Positions 11,155 to 21,446 of a DNA stretch of 64,000 bases are shown one piece after another. Position numbers and translations under genes: made by a program. Origin of the DNA: an uncultured Verrucomicrobiae bacterium (lineage in GTDB: Bacteria; Verrucomicrobiota; Verrucomicrobiia; Chthoniobacterales; JAFAMB01); the NCBI GenBank assembly GCA_963837955.1, contig CAWIPH010000002.1, positions 4,704,001 to 4,768,000 of the forward strand, given 5' to 3'. The notes beneath the pieces were generated by a model that was not told the DNA's origin, searched no databases, and saw nothing but the letters and a program-made list of their open reading frames with translations. Each line of letters starts with the position of its first letter. Within the stretch, counting starts at the first letter, position 1.

Positions 11155-12449
11155 GCTACTTGGAATTCCGGATCCCGCCGCACCAGGAAAGGTTCGACGC
11201 GAGCGAAGACCTTTGGAGAAACCATCGCCACGACGTTAGCGTGCCGGTCGTCGTAATTGAGGCTTAGAACGTGGCTGGTGCGATGCAATAGGGAAAGCAA
11301 TTCTGTCCGCGAAAGCGGCAACGCAAGTTCCACTTTCGTAACCCACTCTCGGAGCATCTCGCCACAGAGATGGAGTAGCTCTCCCAATCCTTCTCCGGTA
11401 TGAGCGGAGCCGAAAATTGCATCAGGAAAGTGCAACCGCAACGCATGGAGGGAGCTGGTGTCTTGCACCCGATCAACTTTGTTGAGCAAGGTGATTACCC
11501 GTTTCGTGTCAGCACCCAACTCGCTTAGCACACGCATGGTGGTGTCGTAGAAGTCGTAGACTCGCGGATGGCTGGCATCAAGCACGTGAATCAGGAAATC
11601 GGCCAGGGTCGCTTCCTCCAAAGTCGCCTTGAACGCCTCCACTAATCGATGCGGCAAATTACGAACGAAACCTACTGTGTCGGTTACCAACAATTTTTGA
11701 CCGCCTTCTAGATCAACCCGTCGCGTTTTTGGATCCAGGGTGACGAAGAGTTTGTTATCCACCAAGACCTCCGCCCCGGTTAAACGACGCAAGAGAGAAG
11801 ATTTGCCGGCGTTCGTGTAGCCAACAATCGCAGCATGCGGCAGCGGCAAACGTTGCCGCTGTTTTCTCTGGGTGGCACGTCGAGCCCGCACAAGCTCCAA
11901 ATCCGCTTTCAATCGATCGATCTGCTTGCGTACGAGCCGGCGGTCTGTTTCAAGTTGCGTCTCACCCTCACCTTTTGCCCCAAGGCCGCCGGCCTGTCGG
12001 CTTAGGTGACCCCACGCCCGGGTCAGCCGGGGCAATGAATATTCAAGCCGAGCCAGATCGACCTGAAGTCGAGCTTCTTTCGTGTGAGCACGCTGGGCAA
12101 AGATATCCAAAATGATCTCCTGCCGATCGACAACAGCCACCTTGGCGAGATCCTCCCAATGCCGCTGCTGCGCTGGCTGAAGCTCATTATCGAACACAAT
12201 CACATCCGCTCCCAGTTGGTGCGCGTGAGCGGCTATTTCTTCCGCCTTGCCCGATCCAACAAAGTAGCGCGAGCTGGGCTGCGCTACCCGGATTAGCTGC
12301 TTTTCCGCCACGGGGATAGCAAGCGTTTCCACCAGCGCGGCTAATTCGTCCAAGAGACTTTCTGATTCTTCACGCTCCGCCGGCGCCTGAAACACGGCGA
12401 CCAAGAGAGCCTTTTCGACCAACTTAGGTTTTTCGCTAATATCAAACAT
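11151..12449 (-). CDS. hflX: GTPase HflX
   Basis: ILDIFAQRA, GEGETQLETDRR, GYTNAGKS, DTVGF, NKVD. Confidence 0.96.
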   Translation of the reverse strand: MFDISEKPKLVEKALLVAVFQAPAEREESESLLDELAALVETLAIPVAEKQLIRVAQPSSRYFVGSGKAEEIAAHAHQLGADVIVFDNELQPAQQRHWEDLAKVAVVDRQEIILDIFAQRAHTKEARLQVDLARLEYSLPRLTRAWGHLSRQAGGLGAKGEGETQLETDRRLVRKQIDRLKADLELVRARRATQRKQRQRLPLPHAAIVGYTNAGKSSLLRRLTGAEVLVDNKLFVTLDPKTRRVDLEGGQKLLVTDTVGFVRNLPHRLVEAFKATLEEATLADFLIHVLDASHPRVYDFYDTTMRVLSELGADTKRVITLLNKVDRVQDTSSLHALRLHFPDAIFGSAHTGEGLGELLHLCGEMLREWVTKVELALPLSRTELLSLLHRTSHVLSLNYDDRHANVVAMVSPKVFARVEPFLVRRDPEFQVA

Positions 12450-13635
12450 GCTTTTTTGCAAAGAAGGTGCGGATGGCGCCGATCACTACACCGATCTCGT
12501 CATCTGTTAGCTCCGGAAAAATCGGCAACGCCAGACACTCCTTGGCTGCGCGTTCCGCTTCTGGAAAATCGCCATCACGATAACCAAGATTTCGAAAACA
12601 ATCTTGTTGATGCAAAGCGAGCGGATAATAAATCTCTGTGCCGACCCCAACCTCTTGCAAACTTGCTCGGAGGGCGTCACGGCGCTTCGTACGTATTACG
12701 TATTGATGGAAGATGTGACCAGCAGAGCCACAGGTCTCTCGATAAGGTTCGACCGGCAGCATCAGATCCGGACCTAGGTTCCGGAGCGCTTCTCGGTATG
12801 CTTGAGCTATCTCCCATCTCCGCCGCGACCAAGCGCCAAGATGCGGCAATTTTTTAAGCAAGACGACTGCCTGCAACGCATCCAAGCGAAAGTTTCCCCC
12901 AATCTGCCGGTGGTAGTATCGCGTCTCCATACCGTGGTTTCGCAACACGCGAAGCCTGTGCGCAAGATGCGAATCATTTGTGACCACCAACCCCGCGTCA
13001 CCAAACGCACCGAGGTTTTTTGTAGGATAGAAGCTGAAAAAGCCGGCGAGCCCAGTTCCTCCGGCCCTTCGTACACCATCACGAGATAGATACTCTGCAC
13101 CAATCGCTTGAGCCGCGTCCTCGATCACTGGAAGATTCCACCGCGCAGCAACCTCTGCAATGGACGGCAGGTCGCCACAGAGACCGAAGAGGTGTACGGG
13201 GATCACGGCCCGAAGCCGTCTACCATCATGCGTCTGGACCCCACTCGGAGTCGATACACAGCTCTTCTGGAGGAACTCCTCCAACCGCTCAGCCGAAAGC
13301 GCAAATGTGTCCGCTTCAATGTCGATGAAAATTGGGGTAGCGCCGACTCTAGAAATACAGCCAGCAGTCGCAAAAAAAGTGAATGGCGTCGTCAATACCG
13401 CGTCGCCGGGCCCGATCCCCAAAGCCATCAAGGTCAGAAGTTGGGCATCAGTTCCGGAGGAAGTACCGACCGCGTAGGCCGCCCCGGCCAAGGCAGCTAT
13501 CTCGCGCTCAAACTCTTCGACTGACGGCCCCAGAATAAAGCTTTGCTGGTCGCACAACGCCGCAATTCCGGAAAGGATATCCTCTCGTAACGGCAAATAT
13601 TGTCTCAGCAAATCAAAAAATGGAACCTTGGTCAC
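12442..13635 (-). CDS. DegT/DnrJ/EryC1/StrS family PLP aminotransferase
   Basis: VPFFDL, SSGTDA, IEDAAQA, FSFYPTKNLGAFGDAG, NFRLDALQA. GTG at 13635 chosen; the frame is open to 13722. Confidence 0.92.
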   Translation of the reverse strand: MTKVPFFDLLRQYLPLREDILSGIAALCDQQSFILGPSVEEFEREIAALAGAAYAVGTSSGTDAQLLTLMALGIGPGDAVLTTPFTFFATAGCISRVGATPIFIDIEADTFALSAERLEEFLQKSCVSTPSGVQTHDGRRLRAVIPVHLFGLCGDLPSIAEVAARWNLPVIEDAAQAIGAEYLSRDGVRRAGGTGLAGFFSFYPTKNLGAFGDAGLVVTNDSHLAHRLRVLRNHGMETRYYHRQIGGNFRLDALQAVVLLKKLPHLGAWSRRRWEIAQAYREALRNLGPDLMLPVEPYRETCGSAGHIFHQYVIRTKRRDALRASLQEVGVGTEIYYPLALHQQDCFRNLGYRDGDFPEAERAAKECLALPIFPELTDDEIGVVIGAIRTFFAKKHV

Positions 13636-13836
13636 TCCTTCAGAATTCTTACGCCGCGCGAATATCGGCGCACCAGCCAATCGGTGCAAACCAAAAGGAG
13701 GATGGAACTCGATCGAAATCATCGCTTGCTAACCGCTGCCCGCTTTCGCCAACAAATTACTCCTTGATGAAGTTGTCTCGATGCGTCCAGGCGATCTTCC
13801 CAGAGCGATCTGATAGGGCAGGAGAACCTTTTCTTT

Positions 13837-14238
13837 ATGATAAAATTCACGTTTACCATCGTGGCAGCACTAGGTTTACCTCTTGGTCTGATGGGGGCGG
13901 ATGAGCAAAATCCGGTTCAGAAGAGCGAAAATTCGGTGAAGAAGGCAGCGAGCGACACCGGAAATACACTCAAGAAAGGCACGAAAGCTACGGCACGAAC
14001 CATAGGCAAAGGAATCGAAAATACCGGAAAGACGATTGAAAAAGCCGGAGCGACTCCGATGAAGAAGCGCCCCCATCGCCAAAAAACATCGCCGTCGCGT
14101 TCGCCCTCAGCTTCCCCAAGCCCCAAGCCCACGCCCACGATTAGTCCCTCGCCGAGCGCCACGCCCGTTCCGAGTCCTAGCCCGCAACCGGGAATGACTC
14201 CGAGCCCGGTTTCCCCTACTCCGACTCCAACCACCTAA
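13837..14238 (+). CDS. Small secreted protein with Lys-rich helix and Pro/Ser/Thr tail
   Basis: Signal peptide, amphipathic K/T/G-rich segment, C-terminal SPSPKPTPT-type low complexity. Confidence 0.75.
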   Translation: MIKFTFTIVAALGLPLGLMGADEQNPVQKSENSVKKAASDTGNTLKKGTKATARTIGKGIENTGKTIEKAGATPMKKRPHRQKTSPSRSPSASPSPKPTPTISPSPSATPVPSPSPQPGMTPSPVSPTPTPTT

Positions 14239-14240
14239 AC

Positions 14241-14255
14241 TGCCCCACAGGGGCA
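14241..14255. terminator. Possible hairpin between convergent genes
   Basis: TGCCCC-ACA-GGGGCA just after the stop; no clear U-tract. Confidence 0.35.
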
Positions 14256-14278
14256 ATTGTGAAGGTTGGCGCCCCAAA

Positions 14279-15694
14279 TCAGCAGACTATTTCACCGCGG
14301 AGATCGTATACCTGCGAGCCGGTAATTCGAACAGTTGCGAACTCGCCCACCGGACCCGGATTTTCCAACAAGACTCGGGTATCCACTTCCGGTGCGTCGC
14401 CTTCCCCGCGAGCAACAAGCGGTTGTTCAACCAGTACTCTCAGTCTGGAATGCAATTTGGCATCCGAGTGTTGCCGAGCAATTCTTTGCTGTAACTCCAT
14501 CGCCTCCTGATATCGCGCTCGCTTCACCTCTGTCGCGACCTGGTTCGGCATCTTCGCCGCGCGGGAACCTTCCTCCTGCGAATACATGAAAACTCCTAAT
14601 CGCTCAAAGCGGACGCGCTCGATAAAATCCAGAAGCGCCCGGAAATGCTCGTCCGTCTCGCCTGGAAAACCTACGATGAAAGTCGTCCGCAAGGTCACCC
14701 CGGGAATGCCCTCCCGAATTGCCGAGATGAGGTCCTCGATATGCTGGCGTGATGTCTCCCGCCGCATTGAGAGGAGCATCTCGTCATGAATATGCTGTAG
14801 CGGCATGTCGATATATCGCGCTACCTTCTGATTGGTCGCGATTGCTCTGATTAGCTCCGGGCTCCAGTGCGCAGGATGCGTGTAAAGCAGACGTACCCAA
14901 AAGTCTCCAGCTACTCCTTGCAGGCGCTCTAAGAGGTGGATCAAGCTTTGACCTCGGTTAGGATCAACTGGTTGACGCGGACTCGCTTTTTCTGCCCAGA
15001 GATCCATACCGAAATAGGTCGTATCCTGACTGATCAAATTGAATTCCTTCACGCCTTCTGCCACCAGGTGCCGAATTTCCGTTTCCACCGATTCGATCGA
15101 ACGGCTGCGATGCCGCCCACGCATCTGCGGGATAACGCAAAAACTGCACGGATGGTTACAGCCTTCCGCGATCTTTACATACGCATAATGGGCCGGAGTA
15201 AGTCGAAAACGCGGCGTGTCGAAATCGGGGATGAATTTTGACTTTGCAGTGACCAGATTCAGCGGCGCCTCTTCTTTTCTCTGGCTCAAAACGCGCTCGA
15301 CGATTGAGCCAGCTTCGCCCACTTGGTCCAAACCAAGAAACGCATCGACCTCCGGAAGTGCTGAAGAGAGTTCCGAGGCGAATCGCTGCGACATGCACCC
15401 GCTAACCACCAGCTTCTGGTGCTTCCGCTTCTGGAGACCACGTTGCTGGTGTGCCTCCAAGATTGCATCGATCGATTCCTCCTTGGCCGAATCAATGAAG
15501 GCGCAGGTATTGACGATCAATACATCGGCGTCTTCAGCTGTACTGGTGATCTCCATGCCTCTTCGGCGCACGTCGCCAAGCATGATTTCCGCATCCACCA
15601 AGTTCTTAGCGCAGCCCAGGCTGATCATCCCAACCTTCACCGGCCGGCGGAGACCGAGCACCTGCGATGCGACAACGGGAGTATGAGAGGACAT
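14279..15694 (-). CDS. rimO: Ribosomal protein S12 methylthiotransferase
   Basis: SLGCAKNLVD, NTCAFI, radical-SAM EGCNHPCSFC, APEVD, TRAM-like C-terminus. Confidence 0.95.
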   Translation of the reverse strand: MSSHTPVVASQVLGLRRPVKVGMISLGCAKNLVDAEIMLGDVRRRGMEITSTAEDADVLIVNTCAFIDSAKEESIDAILEAHQQRGLQKRKHQKLVVSGCMSQRFASELSSALPEVDAFLGLDQVGEAGSIVERVLSQRKEEAPLNLVTAKSKFIPDFDTPRFRLTPAHYAYVKIAEGCNHPCSFCVIPQMRGRHRSRSIESVETEIRHLVAEGVKEFNLISQDTTYFGMDLWAEKASPRQPVDPNRGQSLIHLLERLQGVAGDFWVRLLYTHPAHWSPELIRAIATNQKVARYIDMPLQHIHDEMLLSMRRETSRQHIEDLISAIREGIPGVTLRTTFIVGFPGETDEHFRALLDFIERVRFERLGVFMYSQEEGSRAAKMPNQVATEVKRARYQEAMELQQRIARQHSDAKLHSRLRVLVEQPLVARGEGDAPEVDTRVLLENPGPVGEFATVRITGSQVYDLRGEIVC

Positions 15695-15709
15695 GATCGA
15701 GTCGACTCC

Positions 15710-16618
15710 TTATTCGATGACGATGCTGCTATCCGGGCTGGCGACTGCTTGACCGTTTTTCCGGAGCTCCAGCGCATTCTTGTCGAGCAATTTCAGCCAG
15801 AAACGCTTTCCTTGAACTACAATAGGAGGGCTGCGCGGGCTGATAAAGTCGTTGAATATTGGTTCGCCATTTTGCTTGTCCTTGGTCACGCGCAACCAGG
15901 TCCGTTCCCGAACTCTAATCTCAAGTGTGTCGTCGGCGGCTGGGCTGGACGCTGGGGATGGGCTCGCTTGGGTTACATCTTCAGCAGGCGTCACGGGAAG
16001 TGCCCTCCGCACTTCAGGCGACGGTTCCGGAGAAGCGGTAGGGGAAGGAGTCGCTTGGACAACAGAAACGCTGGCAGATGGAGTGGGCGAGGCTAAGCCT
16101 TCTTTGGTTTGCTCGCCGGCGCCTGCTGTCTGCGAAGGCGACCGTTTCATCTCGGGCGACGCAGAATCGATCGCCGTCTGATCAGTGGAGGAGGTTCCTC
16201 CGTTTAATCGAGAAATATTGATAGCTAAGAAGGATATGGCCGGTACCCCGACCAGGATAAGGAGCGCGAGGACCGCTAATAGCACCGGCGAGATCTTAAA
16301 TCCAGTTAACTCTCGTCGGCGTGGCTCCGGTTGGTACTTTGCAGGCGGCGCAGCTTTCAGATAGTGGTATTCGCCGAGCCCAACTGTGCTGCCTACCTGA
16401 ATCTGTTCGAGGTCGTCCTGGATATCGACGCCCAAATGCTTTGCATATTTGACAAGGAAGCTGCGGGCGTAGACCAGGCTAGGGAAATGCGACAGGTCAT
16501 CTCCCTCTAGATCAACAATCCGTTCCGGGCGAATTTTCGTCGCTGCGGCAACTTCATCGACGCTCCAATGCTTGGCTTGTCGCGCCTTTTGCAGCCTCCT
16601 TCCAACTGTCTCAACCAT
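15710..16618 (-). CDS. rodZ: RodZ-family protein (HTH, TM, DUF4115-like C-domain)
   Basis: N-terminal XRE-like HTH with YARSFLVKYAKHLG, one TM helix, P/S linker, TWLRVT C-domain; lies between ftsK and rimO. Confidence 0.8.
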   Translation of the reverse strand: MVETVGRRLQKARQAKHWSVDEVAAATKIRPERIVDLEGDDLSHFPSLVYARSFLVKYAKHLGVDIQDDLEQIQVGSTVGLGEYHYLKAAPPAKYQPEPRRRELTGFKISPVLLAVLALLILVGVPAISFLAINISRLNGGTSSTDQTAIDSASPEMKRSPSQTAGAGEQTKEGLASPTPSASVSVVQATPSPTASPEPSPEVRRALPVTPAEDVTQASPSPASSPAADDTLEIRVRERTWLRVTKDKQNGEPIFNDFISPRSPPIVVQGKRFWLKLLDKNALELRKNGQAVASPDSSIVIE

Positions 16619-16668
16619 CTTGCTGGAAATCCTTAGACCAATTCAAAAAAAGAAATCATTAACCCGAA

Positions 16669-19053
16669 TTAAAAAGCCCCTTGATCGACCCCAGAGTCTG
16701 GGGTTAAGGCATCCAGATTGACCAAGATCTGCCTTGGTCTAGCCCCATCACCAGGGCCCAAAATGCCTCTCTGTTCCAGAATGTCAACTATCCGCGCCGC
16801 CCGAGTGTAGCCGAGACGCAAACGGCGCTGCAACATCGAGGTAGAAGCCCTCTTTTCCTGGCGGATGATCTCCAAACACTTGTTGACCAGTTCAGCGTCT
16901 TCGTCGCTCACATCGTCTTCTCCCGTAGCCGGCATCTCCAATTGAGTCTGCACGGCCGGGTCAAAATCGGGAGCTCCCTGGGCTGAAACAAATTCTACAA
17001 GTTTATGAATTTCTTCATCGGTAACGAGCACACCCTGAGAGCGCACCAACCGAGACGTCCCGGGCGGGCGATAGAACATGTCGCCCTGACCCAAAAGGCG
17101 TTCAGCTCCGTTCTCGTCTAGGATAACCCGGCTATCCAAACTAGACGCGACCTGAAAGGCGATTCGCGTCGGAATATTTGCCTTAATCACTCCGGTAATG
17201 ATGTCTGCCCGCGGCGTTTGAGTCGCGACTATCATGTGAATGCCCGCCGCTCGCGCCATTTGAGTAATTCGAGCGATGGCACTCTCGACATCTGCTGGTG
17301 CTGTCTGCATTAAATCGGCCAACTCGTCTATAATAACGACGATATGGGGCAACTTGTCGGGAATGACCAAGTCATCGTCCCGGGCCCCTCCAACCACCGC
17401 ATGGTCCATCTCTGTTGATCGCCCCAAGGCCTCTAACTCTTTCTGCGACTTCGGCTTTGGGCGCGCGTTAAAGGCCGTGATATTTCTCACTCCTGATTGA
17501 GCGAAGATCCGGTAACGTTCCTCCATTCTCTGGATGACCCATCGGAGGGCGAGCAGGACCTTTTTCGGGTCGGTCACCACCGGCATGATCAAATGCGGAA
17601 GGGTGTTGTACATCTGCATCTCGACGACCTTCGGATCAATCATCACAAAACGGAGATCATCTGGTTTAAATCGGAAAAGGATGCTAGCGATAATCGCATT
17701 GATACAGACGCTTTTGCCGCTTCCGGTCGTTCCGGCGACCAGGCAATGCGGCATTTGCGCCAAATCCCCAAGAACGATTTTGCCGTATACGTCTTTCCCG
17801 AGCACGATCGGGATGCGCATGGGGGTTCGGATCCATTCCTCGGACTCAAGGATCTCCCGTAGCGCAACCTTTACTTTTTTCGTATTTGCGATCTCGATGC
17901 CGACCGTGTCCTTCCCTGGAATCGGTGCCAAAATGTTTATCCTCTCAGCCCGGGTCGCGCGAGCCAAGTCCCGTTCCAGGCTGCTGATCTTGTCGACACG
18001 AACGCCTCTAGCCGGATAGACCTCGTAGCGCGTTATGGTAGGTCCTCGAGTAATGTCGCCAGGGCTGACATCGATGTTGAATTGCTTCAGCGTATCAACC
18101 AAAACGCCTTGGATTTGCTTCAATTCGGTGGGATCGGTCGCTTTCCGATTTTCAACGTCGATCTCGTCCAGCAGCGTCACCGGGGGAAGGTCGTAATCTT
18201 GAATCTTACTAGATCGCAGACCGCGGCTTGACTTGGAAAGCTCACCCGAGGCCGCCGCCTTGGCGCGGATGGGTACACTGGCTGCGCTATCGATAATTAT
18301 GCTCTCTCGACGATCGAAGTCCTCCGTTTGTCCACCTGTAGGCGCGACTCCTTGTTTCTTGAGCATTCGCTCTTGCCGGCGAATTTCGCGCTCGATCTTC
18401 TTTTGGTTGGCGTCCAGGCGTTCGCGCTCGTCCGATGCTTCCAATTTTTTGCGCTCATTTTCGTCTGCCATCTTTCTAAACAAGCCCTTCATTCCGGAGC
18501 CGATCTGCTTGATAACAAGAACCGGTCGGATTCCTGTGATCCAGATCAGACTGACGAGATAGATCACTACCAACGCGATGACAGATCCCGCCTGGCCCAA
18601 GACATTCTGCAGAAAGGCGTTTCCGATCCATTTCCCGGCAAACCCGCCAGGGCCCTCGACTTTAAACTCTTGCTGCCAGGTTCGAAGAAACCAGGGTTGC
18701 AACTGGACAAGCGCGGCACCAGTGAGCACGAAAACTACTGCCCAGGGGAGACGCTTAAAAATTCGAAACCCAGGCAAAAATAACTTGGCTCCGCCCAGGC
18801 CCAAAAAAAGACAAGCGACGAGGTAAGCTGCGGCGCCAAATGCAAAGTAGAGGACGCCAGCGATGATGGCACCCGTCGGACCGATAAAATTCTGGGTGGG
18901 ATCGTTCGAAGGACTAACATAACTGATCTGGAACCAGGACGGAACGTCGCGAGGGTCGTAGGAGATCAGAGCGAGGAAAAGAACGGTACCAATCCCCAAC
19001 GCGATCAATCCGAAAACTTCGTTCCAAGCGTTATGCCGATGGGCCTTGGCCAT
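16669..19053 (-). CDS. ftsK: DNA translocase FtsK
   Basis: N-terminal TM region, AGTTGSGKS, IDPKVVE, IDELADLM, gamma domain LQRRLRLGYTRAAR. Confidence 0.97.
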   Translation of the reverse strand: MAKAHRHNAWNEVFGLIALGIGTVLFLALISYDPRDVPSWFQISYVSPSNDPTQNFIGPTGAIIAGVLYFAFGAAAYLVACLFLGLGGAKLFLPGFRIFKRLPWAVVFVLTGAALVQLQPWFLRTWQQEFKVEGPGGFAGKWIGNAFLQNVLGQAGSVIALVVIYLVSLIWITGIRPVLVIKQIGSGMKGLFRKMADENERKKLEASDERERLDANQKKIEREIRRQERMLKKQGVAPTGGQTEDFDRRESIIIDSAASVPIRAKAAASGELSKSSRGLRSSKIQDYDLPPVTLLDEIDVENRKATDPTELKQIQGVLVDTLKQFNIDVSPGDITRGPTITRYEVYPARGVRVDKISSLERDLARATRAERINILAPIPGKDTVGIEIANTKKVKVALREILESEEWIRTPMRIPIVLGKDVYGKIVLGDLAQMPHCLVAGTTGSGKSVCINAIIASILFRFKPDDLRFVMIDPKVVEMQMYNTLPHLIMPVVTDPKKVLLALRWVIQRMEERYRIFAQSGVRNITAFNARPKPKSQKELEALGRSTEMDHAVVGGARDDDLVIPDKLPHIVVIIDELADLMQTAPADVESAIARITQMARAAGIHMIVATQTPRADIITGVIKANIPTRIAFQVASSLDSRVILDENGAERLLGQGDMFYRPPGTSRLVRSQGVLVTDEEIHKLVEFVSAQGAPDFDPAVQTQLEMPATGEDDVSDEDAELVNKCLEIIRQEKRASTSMLQRRLRLGYTRAARIVDILEQRGILGPGDGARPRQILVNLDALTPDSGVDQGAF

Positions 19054-19060
19054 TTTGCCT

Positions 19061-19088
19061 AGTTTAGTTCCTTGCCCAGGGCTTTCAA
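19061..19088 (-). promoter_or_regulatory. Putative sigma70 promoter of ftsK (leaderless)
   Basis: Minus strand TTGAAA-N16-TAAACT, 7 nt before the ATG. Confidence 0.55.
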
Positions 19089-19300
19089 TCTTGTTTGCAA
19101 GGAAACCGCAAGGCCAGCTCGCTGGATCTGATCTGTTGCACTACTATTATGAAACGATACCAAAATCAGCAATGGGAATTCGAGGTCGGCGCCGCGATGC
19201 TTTGAACGATATGCCAAATCAAAATAAGAACCGATCTTTAATTTGAATCGCAAATCGATTTTGCTCCTAACAGGAATGATGGTTCCGTAATCTAGACAAA

Positions 19301-20242
19301 ATGGTGCATTGCCTGACTTTCGCCCCACTGTATCAGCCTCGAGTGTGGGGCGGCCAGAAATTGAATGCGGTTTTTGGGCGTTCTTTACCGACCAACACAC
19401 CTATCGGTGAGTCATGGGAATTGGTTGACCGGCCGAACGAACAAAGCGTTGTCGATCACGGCCCATACCAGGGAAGGTCACTCCATCGGCTCTGGAGCGA
19501 ACAACGGGATGAGCTGTTTGGAGGCCGGTTCACGGAGGAACGCTTTCCGATCCTCATCAAGATTTTGGATGCTGCGGAGCCACTTTCCGTCCAGGTTCAT
19601 CCGCCTTTAACCGTGGCAAAAGAGCTGAATGGAGATCCCAAAACCGAGATCTGGTATTTTGTGCAAACGGCGCCTGACGCCGGTATCTATGTCGGCCTCA
19701 AACACGGCACATCCAAAGATCAATTCAAGGCGGCTTTAGCGGATGGAACCGTTGCCGACCTCGTTCATCGTGTTGCCACTCGTCCGGACAGTTTCATTTT
19801 TATTCCAAGCGGTCGCATTCACGCAATCGATGCTGGTAATCTGATTTTTGAAATTCAACAGAATAGCGATACCACTTATCGAGTCTTTGATTGGAACCGA
19901 GTAGGACTAGATGGAAAACTTCGAGAACTGCATATCGAGCAATGTCTAGCCAGTATCGACTTCTCCGATTTCGAACCGGGCCTAGGCCAAGCGGTCGACG
20001 ACGTCCTAGCGTCATGCCATCATTTCCACGTAGAGTGTTGGCATCTGAAAGAATCGCGTCCAGCCCACAACCAGCAGCAATTTGCCGTATTTCAATGCGT
20101 GAGCGGAAAGGTAGAATTCGCCCATCGCCATTTTGGACCAGGCGACCTTTTTCTTGCCACAGTCGAAGGACATAAGGAAATGCTCAACCCATTGGACTCA
20201 AACACCAAGGTAATACGTACAACATTGATGAGAACTGACTGA
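19301..20242 (+). CDS. manA: Mannose-6-phosphate isomerase, class I
   Basis: VWGG, GESWE, LSVQVHP, KTEIWY, IHAI, EIQQNSDTTYR. Confidence 0.92.
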   Translation: MVHCLTFAPLYQPRVWGGQKLNAVFGRSLPTNTPIGESWELVDRPNEQSVVDHGPYQGRSLHRLWSEQRDELFGGRFTEERFPILIKILDAAEPLSVQVHPPLTVAKELNGDPKTEIWYFVQTAPDAGIYVGLKHGTSKDQFKAALADGTVADLVHRVATRPDSFIFIPSGRIHAIDAGNLIFEIQQNSDTTYRVFDWNRVGLDGKLRELHIEQCLASIDFSDFEPGLGQAVDDVLASCHHFHVECWHLKESRPAHNQQQFAVFQCVSGKVEFAHRHFGPGDLFLATVEGHKEMLNPLDSNTKVIRTTLMRTD

Positions 20243-20270
20243 ATGCCGGAGCCAAAACGTGACCGTCAAA

Positions 20271-20299
20271 TTGACTACCCACTTCCGAAACATTAGCCT
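20271..20299 (+). promoter_or_regulatory. Putative sigma70 promoter (leaderless) of the polyprenyl synthase gene
   Basis: TTGACT-N17-TAGCCT, 6 nt before GTG at 20306. Confidence 0.55.
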
Positions 20300-20305
20300 C
20301 CGCTC

Positions 20306-21334
20306 GTGAAAATTTTCACAAAGTCAGCTCTCCGGAGCCTTGCCTCCCGGAAAATGCAACATGCTATTGAGCTGATTAACCCCCACCTTTACGCAGTCGA
20401 AGAGCGTATCCGCGAGCAAGCACGCTCTTTTGACCCAACCATCGAAGGGTATATCGCCTACGCCTGTGGTAGTAGCGGTAAGAGATTGCGGCCGGCACTC
20501 GCTCTTCTAGCCGGCGGCGCCACCGGTGATATTTGTCCAAGCCATGTTGATTTAGCTGTAATCTTGGAGCTCGTTCATCTCGCATCGCTGGTCCATGACG
20601 ACATTATGGACAGTGCCGATATTCGGCGCGAGCAACCTACGGCGAGCGCGAAATGGGGTAACAGCCTGGCTGTTCTTTTGGGCGATTGTCTTTTCGCTCA
20701 CGCCCTGAAACTCGCCACCGCTTTCCCCAATATTGAGATTTGTCGGCGCATCGCCCAGGCCGCTAAAGATGTTTGTTCGGGCGAAATTATTCAGACTCAA
20801 CGGCGCTACGACCTTAATCTCACCGTTGCCGACTACCTGCGGATTATTGAAATGAAAACAGCGGCGCTCTTTGCGGCTGCTGGCGAACTGGGCGCACTGA
20901 TTAGCGGCGCGAGTCCCGATGTCATTACCGCATTTAAGACATACGGCCTTAAACTCGGAACTGCTTACCAGATTTACGATGATTGTCTCGACCTGGCAGG
21001 GACCGAAGAAACGGCCGGGAAGACTCTGGGATCCGATTTGCGAAAAGGAAAACTCACTCTTCCACTGATCTATCTTTTGGAAACCGCTGACCAAGAGCAA
21101 TACCACCGATTTAGTGAAATCCTCTTGCGCAGCGATCCAGATGAGTTGGCTGAGATGCAGAGCGATGTGACTACGAGCGGCTGCCTGCGTCGGGCCGTCG
21201 AAACAACTAAACGGCTAGTCGCGGATGCCAAGCAAGAGCTCAAACACGTTTCGCTCAACAAGTATACGCTAGCTATGCAGGAGATCGGAGATTTCTTATC
21301 CGACACCGTTGACCAATTCGCGGTCGCAGCCTGA
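20306..21334 (+). CDS. Long-chain trans-polyprenyl diphosphate synthase (IspB/HepT-like)
   Basis: GKRLRP, ASLVHDDIMD, KTA, YQIYDDCLD, GKLTLP. Confidence 0.92.
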   Translation: MKIFTKSALRSLASRKMQHAIELINPHLYAVEERIREQARSFDPTIEGYIAYACGSSGKRLRPALALLAGGATGDICPSHVDLAVILELVHLASLVHDDIMDSADIRREQPTASAKWGNSLAVLLGDCLFAHALKLATAFPNIEICRRIAQAAKDVCSGEIIQTQRRYDLNLTVADYLRIIEMKTAALFAAAGELGALISGASPDVITAFKTYGLKLGTAYQIYDDCLDLAGTEETAGKTLGSDLRKGKLTLPLIYLLETADQEQYHRFSEILLRSDPDELAEMQSDVTTSGCLRRAVETTKRLVADAKQELKHVSLNKYTLAMQEIGDFLSDTVDQFAVAA

Positions 21335-21446
21335 TCTCAGGTAAGGTCCTGCTGCATAGCCCCTTTGGCTGCCTTCTTTTTCCCGTAGGACCACTCGCAA
21401 ACAAGCTTGTGCACATATAGCAACACGTTATTAGTATGTGTTGAAT

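Noticed and set aside
13917..14234. Gly/Val-rich minus-strand ORF that looks membrane-like
   Set aside because: It is the antisense shadow of the Pro/Ser/Thr codons of the plus-strand gene.
15419..16096. 225-aa plus-strand ORF and similar overlapping ORFs throughout the window
   Set aside because: They lie antisense or out of frame to well-supported genes and have no recognisable motifs.
16669..19053. FtsK as part of a conjugative or type VII secretion system
   Set aside because: Single ATPase domain with a gamma domain in the conserved ftsK-rodZ-rimO context indicates the housekeeping translocase.
19149..19205. 18-codon ORF (MKRYQNQQWEFEVGAAML) in the ftsK-manA gap
   Set aside because: Too short, with no supporting signals or recognisable homology.
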